Position numbers and translations under genes: made by a program
The notes under the pieces: generated by a model
What the model was told of the DNA's origin: nothing
Database searches by the model: none
The model's input: the letters and a program-made list of their open reading frames with translations, nothing else
DNA from: Candidatus Latescibacterota bacterium
GTDB lineage: Bacteria > Latescibacterota > UBA2968 > GCA-2709665
Direction: 5' to 3'
NCBI GenBank assembly: GCA_965219995.1
Contig: CBDCOX010000002.1
Coordinates: 352,001-416,000 of the forward strand
DNA length: 64,000 nt
In this document: positions 1 through 8,231 of the stretch, piece by piece
How positions within the stretch are numbered: position 1 is the first letter of the stretch
How the letters are laid out: the number at the start of each line of letters is the position of its first letter

Positions 1-218
1 AACTCCGGAGTGTGATCGAGGGCGAATACCGTGTGGAGGGCAACCTGAGGAGCGAGGTGGCCATGAACATCAAGCGTCTGATGGACATCGGCTGCTACCG
101 CGGACTTCGCTGGCGGCGGGGGCTTCCGGTGCGCGGACAGCGCACCCGGACGAACGCCCGTACGCGAAAAGGACCGAAGAAGGGCCAGATTGCCAAGAAG
201 AAGAAAGCGCAGGTTTAA
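1..218 (+). CDS. rpsM: 30S ribosomal protein S13 (5'-truncated by window edge)
   Basis: C-terminal S13 motifs [25 protein letters not shown] and [18 protein letters not shown]; first gene of alpha operon. Confidence 0.97.
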   Translation, partial: LRSVIEGEYRVEGNLRSEVAMNIKRLMDIGCYRGLRWRRGLPVRGQRTRTNARTRKGPKKGQIAKKKKAQV

Positions 219-240
219 ACACGATCAAGGAGGCGATCAG

Positions 241-630
241 TTGCCGCCGGAACAAAGAAAAGGCCGACGAAGGAGCAAGCGGGTCGACGGTCAGGGTGTT
301 GCCCACATTAAAGCGACGTTCAACAACACCATCGTCACCCTGACCGACAGAGACGGGCACGTGATTTCGTGGTCCACAACTGGAAAGGTGGGTTTTAAGG
401 GTTCACGCAAGAGTACGCCCTTTGCCGCCCAGTTGGCTGCGGAAGCTGCGGCAAAAGAAGCAATGTCCATGGGGCTGCGACGTGTTGAGGTTTGGGTAAA
501 GGGCCCGGGCGTCGGCCGGGAAGCCGCCGTACGCGCGTTGCAGGGCGCCGGACTGGAAATCGCGGCGATTCGCGATGTCACCCCGATTCCTCACAACGGC
601 TGCCGTCCGCCCAAGCGACGTCGGGTGTAA
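241..630 (+). CDS. rpsK: 30S ribosomal protein S11
   Basis: [45 protein letters not shown]; TTG start at 241 chosen from AAGGAGG RBS at 227-233. Confidence 0.96.
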   Translation: MPPEQRKGRRRSKRVDGQGVAHIKATFNNTIVTLTDRDGHVISWSTTGKVGFKGSRKSTPFAAQLAAEAAAKEAMSMGLRRVEVWVKGPGVGREAAVRALQGAGLEIAAIRDVTPIPHNGCRPPKRRRV

Positions 631-657
631 CGGTTTCCGACCGAGGAGGTCTATCGC

Positions 658-1287
658 ATGGCAAGGTATACGGACTCGAGTTGCAAATTGTGCCGCCGCG
701 AAGGAGTCAAGCTGTTCCTGAAGGGCGAGCGCTGCTACCTGGATAAATGCTCGTTCGAAAAGCGCAGCTATGCGCCGGGCATGCACGGGCAGCGCCAGGG
801 CCGCAAACCTTCGGAATATGCGCTGCAGCTGAGAGAGAAGCAAAAGGCCAAGCGCCAGTACGGTGTGCTCGAAAGCCAGTTCCGCGGCTATTATCACAAG
901 GCCGCCCGCCGGAAAGGCGTGACCGGGGAGCTTCTCCTGCAGACGCTGGAAAGCCGCCTGGATAACGTCACCCACAGACTGGGGTTCGCGCCTTCTCACA
1001 AGGCGGCGCGTCAACTGGTGCGGCACCGGCACATTATGGTGAACGGGCGTATCGTGGACGTCCCTTCTTTTCAGGTCACGCCCGGCGATACAATTCAGGT
1101 ACGGGAAAAGAGTCGGCAGTTGGCGTTGATCCACGAGTCCATCAAGCGGATCGGCGAGGGGCGACAGGCGGCGTGGCTGTCTCTGGACAAAGTAAATCTC
1201 ACCGGCACCGTACTCGACGTTCCCGCCAGGGAAGGGATTCCGACGCCTGTAGAAGAACAACTCATTGTGGAATTGTATTCGAAGTAA
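658..1287 (+). CDS. rpsD: 30S ribosomal protein S4 (Cys-containing form)
   Basis: [43 protein letters not shown]; GAGGAGG RBS. Confidence 0.97.
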   Translation: MARYTDSSCKLCRREGVKLFLKGERCYLDKCSFEKRSYAPGMHGQRQGRKPSEYALQLREKQKAKRQYGVLESQFRGYYHKAARRKGVTGELLLQTLESRLDNVTHRLGFAPSHKAARQLVRHRHIMVNGRIVDVPSFQVTPGDTIQVREKSRQLALIHESIKRIGEGRQAAWLSLDKVNLTGTVLDVPAREGIPTPVEEQLIVELYSK

Positions 1288-1377
1288 TCGCGTCGGCTCC
1301 AATGACGAGCGGCCCCGTGTGCCTGGAAAACCGGGGATGCCGCGTTGCTTCTTAGTTGATCCAAGGAGAATGCTTGT

Positions 1378-2394
1378 ATGAAGCCCAAGAACTTCCAGAT
1401 GCCCAGGTCCGTCCAGATCGATGAGGACAGCCTCACCAGTTCATACGGAATGTTTACGGTGCAACCTCTGGAACGTGGATTCGGAACCACAATCGGCAAC
1501 GCATTGCGCAGGGTATTGCTCTCTTCCATAGAAGGCGCCGCCGTGAAGGCCATTCGGGTGAAAGGGGTCCAGCACGAGTTCTCCGTTGTCCAGGGCGTTG
1601 TCGAAGACATGACTGAAATCGTCCTGAATCTCAAAGAGGTCAATCTGCGCATGCATTCGGAGGAAGACAAACAGCTACGAATCGACAAGGCGGGGCCGGG
1701 CGCCCTGACCGCCGCGGAGCTGGAAGTGGACGCGGACATCGAGGTCATGAATCCCGATCAGCACATCGCGTCTCTCGATCAGGACGGCCACCTGGAACTG
1801 GAGATCACCGTGGGCAACGGACGGGGGTATGTTCTTGCCGAAGAGAACAAAGTCGCCGATCCCGCTACCGATACGATCATGCTCGATTCCGCATTTTCTC
1901 CCATCCGGAAAGTGCATTACGAGGTGGACAATGCCCGGGTGGGCCAACAGACGGACTACGATAAACTGACGCTGACCGTCTGGACCAATGGAACGGTCCG
2001 GCCGGACGACGCCGTGGCTCATGCGGCAAAGATACTGAAGGACCATCTGGAACTCTTCATTCACTTCGAGGAAGAGCCGGAGGAGGAGTACGAGGAAGTC
2101 ATCGACGAAGACACGCAGCGTGTGGCCTCGCTTCTTCAGATGCCGGTAGAAGAACTGGAATTATCGGTACGTTCGGCGAATTGTCTCAAGGCTGCCAATA
2201 TTCTGACCCTCGAAGACCTCGTACAAAAGACCGAGACGGAGATGCTGAAGTTCCGGAATTTCGGCCGGAAATCGCTGAACGAGCTGACGGCCATCCTGGA
2301 GGGTCTGGGACTTCAGTTCGGCATGGATATTGCGAAATACAGCGGGATTGCCGCCAGGAGTGATGAGGTGGCGGTGTTGGAAGATGAATTCTAA
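1378..2394 (+). CDS. rpoA: DNA-directed RNA polymerase subunit alpha
   Basis: PLERGFGTTIGNALRRVLLSS, LELSVRSANCL, FRNFGRKSL; AAGGAG RBS. Confidence 0.98.
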   Translation: MKPKNFQMPRSVQIDEDSLTSSYGMFTVQPLERGFGTTIGNALRRVLLSSIEGAAVKAIRVKGVQHEFSVVQGVVEDMTEIVLNLKEVNLRMHSEEDKQLRIDKAGPGALTAAELEVDADIEVMNPDQHIASLDQDGHLELEITVGNGRGYVLAEENKVADPATDTIMLDSAFSPIRKVHYEVDNARVGQQTDYDKLTLTVWTNGTVRPDDAVAHAAKILKDHLELFIHFEEEPEEEYEEVIDEDTQRVASLLQMPVEELELSVRSANCLKAANILTLEDLVQKTETEMLKFRNFGRKSLNELTAILEGLGLQFGMDIAKYSGIAARSDEVAVLEDEF

Positions 2395-2409
2395 CGGGAA
2401 AGACAAGCT

Positions 2410-2961
2410 ATGAGACACGGAAAGCGGGGGCGCAAGCTCGGACGTACAGCAAGCCACAAGAGAGCGATGATGAATAATATGGCCGCGTCGCTGTTCACGT
2501 ACGGTTCGATACGTACGACCCACGCCAAGGCCAAGGAGTTGCGCGGTCTGGCCGAACGCCTGATCACGTTTGCCAAGCGGGGCGATTTACATGCCAGACG
2601 ACAGGTTCTGCGGCGAATTCGAAACCAGCGTGTGGTGGCGAAACTCTTCGACGAGATCGCAACGTCCTATACCGAACGGAACGGGGGTTACCTGCGATTG
2701 CTCAAACTGGGCCCACGCCGCGGCGACCGCGTCGAAATGTGTCTGGTGGAGATGGTCGGAGAGGAGTCGAGGGCCGATTTCGCCGCGCGTTCGGACTCAC
2801 TCGACGAAACCGATACCGGGCCTGACGGCGTGGAGGCCGAAGAAGGTACCGCTGAGGAGGTCGCGGGCGGATCGGGCGGGCCCTCGCCGGCTCCGGCCGT
2901 TGAGGGAGATTCCGGGGAAGCCGTCGAATCCGGAGAGGAACATAAGCGCACGAAAAAATGA
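2410..2961 (+). CDS. rplQ: 50S ribosomal protein L17 with acidic C-terminal extension
   Basis: MRHGKRGRKLGRTASHKRAM, TTHAKAKE, RNGGYLR; about 60 aa low-complexity tail. Confidence 0.96.
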   Translation: MRHGKRGRKLGRTASHKRAMMNNMAASLFTYGSIRTTHAKAKELRGLAERLITFAKRGDLHARRQVLRRIRNQRVVAKLFDEIATSYTERNGGYLRLLKLGPRRGDRVEMCLVEMVGEESRADFAARSDSLDETDTGPDGVEAEEGTAEEVAGGSGGPSPAPAVEGDSGEAVESGEEHKRTKK

Positions 2962-4268
2962 TCCCGTCGCGTCGTCACAAGTTCAGGATGAGAGGGCAAA
3001 TCGACAAGCCGGTCGATTTGCCCTTTGTCTTCCGGCACGTACCCGGCAGCGGACTCGCCTGTCTCTGCCTCGTGCTTTGCCTTTGGTCGACTGCCGTTGG
3101 CGGGACAGGCAGGCCGAATGACGAATTCCGCGGATTGTGGGTGGTTCGCCACTGGCTGAAGGATCGGGAGCAGGTAACGCGCGCGGTGCGCACCGCCGTG
3201 GAGGCGCGGATGAACGCCCTTCTGGTGCAGGTCCGGGGCCGGGGAGACGCCTTCTACGCCAGCCGACTGGTGCCGCGTGCCGAATCTCTGTCCGAGCCGG
3301 ATTTCGACCCGCTTGCGCTTCTCGTGGAGGAGGGTCACCGGGCGGGGCTGGAAGTGCACGCCTGGGTGAACATCTACCTCACCTGGCACCCGACAGAGCG
3401 CCGCCCTGAGTCGGCGCGGCACATATTTCTGCAGCATCCAGAATGGTTCATGCATTCTGCGGACGGGATCGACCTCGGGCGCGTAGCGCTGAACGGGGTG
3501 GACCTGGTCAGACGTTCCGTGGAGGGGCGGTACCTTTCGCCCGGTAATTCCGAAGTCAGGACCCACTTGCTGGCGGTCATAGAAGAGATCGTCACGAAAT
3601 ACGACGTCGACGGAATTCACATGGATTATGTCCGGTATCCGAATATCCACTATGACTACAATCCGGCCGTGACGGCGGAGTTTACGAGGCGTTTCGGGTT
3701 CGATCCCGCGGAATCGAAAAAAAACAGGCAGAAGCCCAGTGGCGACGGGTCGGGCGCGAGCGAAGTACGAGTGGCATGGGAAAAATGGCGAAGCGGGCAG
3801 GTCAGCGTACTGGTCGGGCAGGTACGCGAGCTGCTTTCGCGCCTGAAGCCCGGCACCAGGCTGTCGGCGGCAGTCAAACCCGACATAGAATTGGCATATA
3901 CGCAATATGGCCAGGATTGGACCAGATGGATAAACGGGGGGCTGGTGGATTTTGTGGTACCCATGTTCTACGAAGGATCCACCGCCGATATCGGACGTCA
4001 GATGACCGAGGCCCGGAAGCGGGTGAAAGCAGGGAATCTGTACGCCGGGATCGGCATATGGAATCAGGAAGCCGACGACACGGTCGCGCAGATTGACGTC
4101 GCTCGCCGCGCGGGCCTGCAGGGCGTGGTGTTGTTTTCCGCCGATGGATTCGTACAGCAGAAGGGTCTGGCGGGCCGTCTGCTGGAGGGTCCGTTTCGTG
4201 AGCCGTCGCCGCTTCCGGCGCGGAAAGCGAAAGAGGAGGGCACCCGTGCTGAAACCCAGGCGCGGTGA
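2958..4268 (+). CDS. Glycoside hydrolase-like 10 (GHL10/YddW-type) protein, probably exported
   Basis: EFRGLWV, QVRGRGDAFY, FDPL..GLEVHAW, YDVDGIHMDYVRY, VPMFY; hydrophobic N-terminal segment; start uncertain. Confidence 0.85.
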   Translation: MIPSRRHKFRMRGQIDKPVDLPFVFRHVPGSGLACLCLVLCLWSTAVGGTGRPNDEFRGLWVVRHWLKDREQVTRAVRTAVEARMNALLVQVRGRGDAFYASRLVPRAESLSEPDFDPLALLVEEGHRAGLEVHAWVNIYLTWHPTERRPESARHIFLQHPEWFMHSADGIDLGRVALNGVDLVRRSVEGRYLSPGNSEVRTHLLAVIEEIVTKYDVDGIHMDYVRYPNIHYDYNPAVTAEFTRRFGFDPAESKKNRQKPSGDGSGASEVRVAWEKWRSGQVSVLVGQVRELLSRLKPGTRLSAAVKPDIELAYTQYGQDWTRWINGGLVDFVVPMFYEGSTADIGRQMTEARKRVKAGNLYAGIGIWNQEADDTVAQIDVARRAGLQGVVLFSADGFVQQKGLAGRLLEGPFREPSPLPARKAKEEGTRAETQAR

Positions 4269-5610
4269 CCGGATAGAGATTGACATCGATAGGCTCGACA
4301 GGCGGGGAAATGGCGTGGGCCGCGCCGGCGATTACACGCTGCTGGTTCGCGGTGCGGTGCCCGGAGACCGGGTCCGGGCGCGGGTGCGCAAGGTCCGAAA
4401 CCGGTTGAGAAGGGTCGAAGCCAGGGTGGAGGAACTTCTTTCCTCCGAAATTCGGCGTATCGGTGCAAGCTGTTCTCACTTTGGACTTTGCGGCGGGTGC
4501 CTGTGGCAGGATATCCCATACGAATCACAGGTCCGACTGAAGCAGGACATGGTGAGGAACTGCCTGCTTGAGGCCGGTATCGATACGGAACCCGACGCGC
4601 CGATACCTTCCGGGGAGCCGTTCTTCTACCGGAACAAGATGGAATTCTCGTTTGGCTCGGCGCCGGACGGGCGAAACGAGGTGGGGTTGCACGTCTGGGG
4701 GCGATTCGACCGTGTATTCGACCTGGACGCCTGTCATCTGCAGTCGGAATCGTCCAACCGGATCGTTGAACGCGTGCGCAACATCACCAGGTCTCTCCCC
4801 GTTTACCATTTGAAACGGCACGACGGCCTGCTCCGGTTCCTGACCATACGTGAAGGTAAACTGACGGGTGAAACGATGGTTGTGCTGACCACGTCGGGAG
4901 ACGGGTTTCCCGGGGCGGAGACGTTGGGAAGAACGCTGAGGGAGTCGTTCCCGGAGGTGAAAAGCGTGATCCGCAGCGTAAACCTTCGGCGGGCTCAGGT
5001 GGCGACCGGCGACCGCGAAGAGGTGCTTGCCGGAACGGGCTCGGTGAAAGAAAAACTGGGGGACTTTACGTTCGAGATATCGCCGGGTTCGTTCTTTCAG
5101 ACCAACACCCGACAGGCCGAGCATCTCTACCGGCGGGTCGTCGAGTTGGCAGAGCCCGGTTCGGACGACCGGATTCTGGATGTGTATTGCGGAACGGGCG
5201 CAATTTCGTTGTATCTTTCGCGGAAGGCAGGATACGTACTGGGCATCGAGGTCGTTGAAGGGGCGGTTCGGGATGCGATTCGCAACAGCGCCATCAACGG
5301 CGTGTCCAACTGCCGTTTCATTGCGGGTGCGGCGGAAGATATCCTGTGGCAGATCCGGGAGCAGGGCGAGCGGTTTGAAACCGTGGTCACCGATCCCCCG
5401 CGACCGGGAATGCATCCAAAGGCGTTAACCGCGATCTGTGATCTGCGCCCGGAGCGCATCGTTTACGTCTCGTGTAATCCGGAGGCGCTGGGTTCGGACT
5501 TGAAGCGCCTGGAGGCGGGGGGCTACAGGACGGACTACGTGCAACTCGTGGATATGTTTCCCCACACGCCCCATTGCGAGGTTGTGGCCCGGTTGGCGTA
5601 TACGGCCTGA
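4246..5610 (+). CDS. rlmD: 23S rRNA (uracil-1939-C5)-methyltransferase
   Basis: TRAM domain, CSHFGLCGGC Fe-S motif, FFQTN, LDVYCGTG, DPPR, YVSCNP, DMFPHTPHCE; GTG at 4246 with AGGAGG RBS. Confidence 0.92.
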   Translation: MLKPRRGDRIEIDIDRLDRRGNGVGRAGDYTLLVRGAVPGDRVRARVRKVRNRLRRVEARVEELLSSEIRRIGASCSHFGLCGGCLWQDIPYESQVRLKQDMVRNCLLEAGIDTEPDAPIPSGEPFFYRNKMEFSFGSAPDGRNEVGLHVWGRFDRVFDLDACHLQSESSNRIVERVRNITRSLPVYHLKRHDGLLRFLTIREGKLTGETMVVLTTSGDGFPGAETLGRTLRESFPEVKSVIRSVNLRRAQVATGDREEVLAGTGSVKEKLGDFTFEISPGSFFQTNTRQAEHLYRRVVELAEPGSDDRILDVYCGTGAISLYLSRKAGYVLGIEVVEGAVRDAIRNSAINGVSNCRFIAGAAEDILWQIREQGERFETVVTDPPRPGMHPKALTAICDLRPERIVYVSCNPEALGSDLKRLEAGGYRTDYVQLVDMFPHTPHCEVVARLAYTA

Positions 5611-5640
5611 CGATCCGGAATGCCGCACGACACGCACAGT

Positions 5641-5680
5641 AAAGCAGAGGACGCGGGCGCCCTCTGCTTTTTTATTTTTT
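5641..5680. terminator. Bidirectional intrinsic terminator between rlmD and greA
   Basis: AAAGCAGAGG..CCTCTGCTTT stem followed by T-tract, between convergent genes. Confidence 0.8.
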
Positions 5681-5692
5681 GGAACGGAAGGG

Positions 5693-6166
5693 CTAATCCC
5701 TGCTGATATCCAGAATTTCGTACGCCAGCGTACCCACGGGAACCTTCGCTTCCACCTGCTCTCCAACGCCTTTGCCCAGAAGCGCCCGGCCCACGGGGGA
5801 TTGTGTCGAGATTTTGTTCTGTTCGAAATCGGCCTCGTCGGTGGATACCAGCGTATACCGGATCTGCTCGCCGGTTCTGCGGTCCTTCAACGTGACCGTA
5901 GCGCCAAGATATGCCTTGTCCTTGGCAATCAGGCTTTCGTCGATGATTTCAGACCTGACCAGCTTGTCCTGCAGTTCGGCGATCTTCTTTTCGACGAACA
6001 TCTGACGCTCTTTCGCGCTGTGGTATTCCGCGTTCTCACTCAGGTCTCCGTGTTCCCTGGCGCTGGCGATGGCCTCGATAACCGCCGGCCGTTCCCGGGT
6101 TCTGAGACGCTCCAGTTCGTTCCGGATCTTGTTATAGCCGTCTTTCGTGAGGTAAAGCCGATCCAT
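5693..6166 (-). CDS. greA: Transcription elongation factor GreA
   Basis: AREHGDLSENAEYHSAKE, ISTQSPVGRALLGK. Confidence 0.96.
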   Translation of the reverse strand: MDRLYLTKDGYNKIRNELERLRTRERPAVIEAIASAREHGDLSENAEYHSAKERQMFVEKKIAELQDKLVRSEIIDESLIAKDKAYLGATVTLKDRRTGEQIRYTLVSTDEADFEQNKISTQSPVGRALLGKGVGEQVEAKVPVGTLAYEILDISRD

Positions 6167-6226
6167 TGTCCTGTCTCACTTCCTCAGTCACGAGTCGCAG
6201 GGCCTCACGCGCCCTGAAATTTTCCG

Positions 6227-6263
6227 AAAAAATATCGGGGGTCCGGTTCTGCGGACAACCCCG
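6227..6263 (-). terminator. Intrinsic terminator-like hairpin in the greA leader
   Basis: Minus strand CGGGGTTGTCCG-cagaac-CGGACCCCCG followed by ATATTTTTT, located between promoter and start codon. Confidence 0.6.
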
Positions 6264-6318
6264 CTGCGTGTGTCGAAAACGAATTTGGTGAATCCGAAAA
6301 TGGACGCTAAGGTGCTCA

Positions 6319-6347
6319 AAAATAAGGTCTTTTTTGAATAAAGTCAA
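6319..6347 (-). promoter_or_regulatory. Sigma70-type promoter for greA
   Basis: Minus strand TTGACT-N17-TATTTT. Confidence 0.65.
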
Positions 6348-6374
6348 GACCAAAAGATCCCTGGCAGGTTCGGT

Positions 6375-6403
6375 TTGACATCTTTCACAAAGGTTGGTAT
6401 ACT
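6375..6403 (+). promoter_or_regulatory. Sigma70-type promoter for dapA-like/adk genes
   Basis: TTGACA-N17-TATACT with extended -10 TG. Confidence 0.8.
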
Positions 6404-6461
6404 ATACGTCTCGTGAGTCCTTCCACCTGAAAAAGTGCCTCACAACACCAACGAGGGGGGA

Positions 6462-7373
6462 ATGGATACCACGTTTGTGCGTGGGCTGATACCGGCACTG
6501 ATTACCCCGATGACCTGCGATGAAGCGCTGGATGAAGCGGGCCTGGAGCGTCTGCTGAATTTCGTGATCGCCGCGGGGGCGCATGGCGTATTTGCAGGGG
6601 GTACCGCCGGAGAGTCCTGGGCCTTGAGCGTGGAAGAGAAGATACGGCTCTACGAGTGGACCGTGGATTATACCGCCGGACGGGTGCCTGTCTACGCGGG
6701 TACCTCGGCGAATTGCACGGCCGAAGCCGTGCGACTGGCCGAAGCGGCGCAGGAGGCGGGGGCCGATTGCCTCTCCGTGCTCACGCCATACTTTATCACG
6801 CCCGGTCCCGGCGAGATGTACGACCACTTCGCCGCCATCGCGCGCGCGGTGGACCTGCCCGTGCTCTTGTACGATCTCCCGGACAGAACGGGAAACAGCC
6901 TTTCGGTAGATCTGGTCATGCGGCTGGCGGCGGCATTCGGCAACATCGTCGGAATCAAGGAAAGTTCGGGCGACTTTTCCCGTACACTCGAGTACCTGCG
7001 GATCGCCCCGGAGGGCTTTCGCGTGATTATGGGCCGCGATACGCTGATCTACGCCGCCCTCGTTCACGGCGCCGCAGGGGCAATTGCAGCAAGCGCCAAC
7101 GTGGCGCCCGAACTCGGGGTTGGCGTCTATGAGCGGTTCCGGGCGGGAGACGCAGACGGCGCGCTGGATTTCCAGCTGCGGCTGGCTCCGCTGAGGTCCG
7201 CGTTTTCGCTTGGAACCCATCCCGCGATGCTCAAGGCCGGGGCAGACCTCGTCGGCGCCTGTGGAGGACCGCCCCGGCGACCCGTGAGCCGTCTGGCGGG
7301 CAGCGATCTGCAAACGTTGAAAACGGTACTTGCAAGGATGGGAAAGTTCCAGGCCAATGCGCCAATTGAGTGA
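6462..7373 (+). CDS. Dihydrodipicolinate synthase (DapA/NAL) family aldolase
   Basis: GLIPALITP, GGTAGE, LLYDLP.RTG, Schiff-base Lys in GIKESSG. Confidence 0.88.
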   Translation: MDTTFVRGLIPALITPMTCDEALDEAGLERLLNFVIAAGAHGVFAGGTAGESWALSVEEKIRLYEWTVDYTAGRVPVYAGTSANCTAEAVRLAEAAQEAGADCLSVLTPYFITPGPGEMYDHFAAIARAVDLPVLLYDLPDRTGNSLSVDLVMRLAAAFGNIVGIKESSGDFSRTLEYLRIAPEGFRVIMGRDTLIYAALVHGAAGAIAASANVAPELGVGVYERFRAGDADGALDFQLRLAPLRSAFSLGTHPAMLKAGADLVGACGGPPRRPVSRLAGSDLQTLKTVLARMGKFQANAPIE

Positions 7374-7414
7374 ATCGGAAGGGCGGAGACCTGGACATAT
7401 CCACGAGCGGGGGA

Positions 7415-8029
7415 ATGATGGATCGACGGGAGAAGCATCGGACGATTCTGGTGGTTGGTGCACCCGGTTCGGGCAAGGGAACGCAGGGGAAAATCCTGGG
7501 AAGGATACCGGGATTCCACCACCTGGCCTGCGGAGACGTTTTCAGGTCGCTGGATCCGGGCAGCGAGCTGGGCAAGATATTTCTGGCCTATTCCGGCAAG
7601 GGCCGCCTGGTTCCGGACCAGTTCACTGTGCAGCTGTGGCTGGACCACATACGAGGCGCCATTCATAACGGCGGTTTTCGACCTGAAGAGGAAGTGCTCG
7701 TTCTCGACGGCATTCCACGCAATCTGCGCCAGGCCGAAATGATGGTGAACTATATCGACGTCAACCTGCTCATTCACCTGGATACAGCCGACGACAACGT
7801 CCTGGTTGAACGCGCGCTTCGCAGAGCGCTCAGAGAGAACCGGCTCGACGATGCCAGCGAAGCCGTCATCAGGCGGCGGATGCGCGAATTCGAGCGGGAG
7901 ACCGCGCCTCTGCTGGACTATTATCCTGCAGAAGTGATTCGTCGGGTAGACGGAGAACAGAAGCCGGTAGACGTTTTGCATGACGTCATCGGAATCATCC
8001 AGGAAGTCGATGCCGTGACAGGATTCTGA
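7415..8029 (+). CDS. adk: Adenylate kinase family protein, short (no zinc LID)
   Basis: GAPGSGKGTQ P-loop, GRLVPD, LDGIPRN..QA, R.DD. Confidence 0.82.
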   Translation: MMDRREKHRTILVVGAPGSGKGTQGKILGRIPGFHHLACGDVFRSLDPGSELGKIFLAYSGKGRLVPDQFTVQLWLDHIRGAIHNGGFRPEEEVLVLDGIPRNLRQAEMMVNYIDVNLLIHLDTADDNVLVERALRRALRENRLDDASEAVIRRRMREFERETAPLLDYYPAEVIRRVDGEQKPVDVLHDVIGIIQEVDAVTGF

Positions 8030-8051
8030 GACACGCTGTCAATCGGTATGG

Positions 8052-8088
8052 ATGACGGTCGCCTGTTCTCGGGCGGCCGTCGCATTTT
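8052..8088 (+). terminator. Putative intrinsic terminator after adk
   Basis: GACGGTCGCCTG-ttct-CGGGCGGCCGTC followed by GCATTTT. Confidence 0.5.
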
Positions 8089-8231
8089 AACAGCCCGTTG
8101 ATTACGTCCATCCGGGCTGTTAAGGGTTCGGGAGTTCCGGATCCCGGTTCCGGGTCTCCGCGTTCCCGGCGCACCCCGCCGGCCTTTGGTTTGCGGGCCG
8201 GTTCCATCTCGACGCAGGAGCGAAAGCAGAG

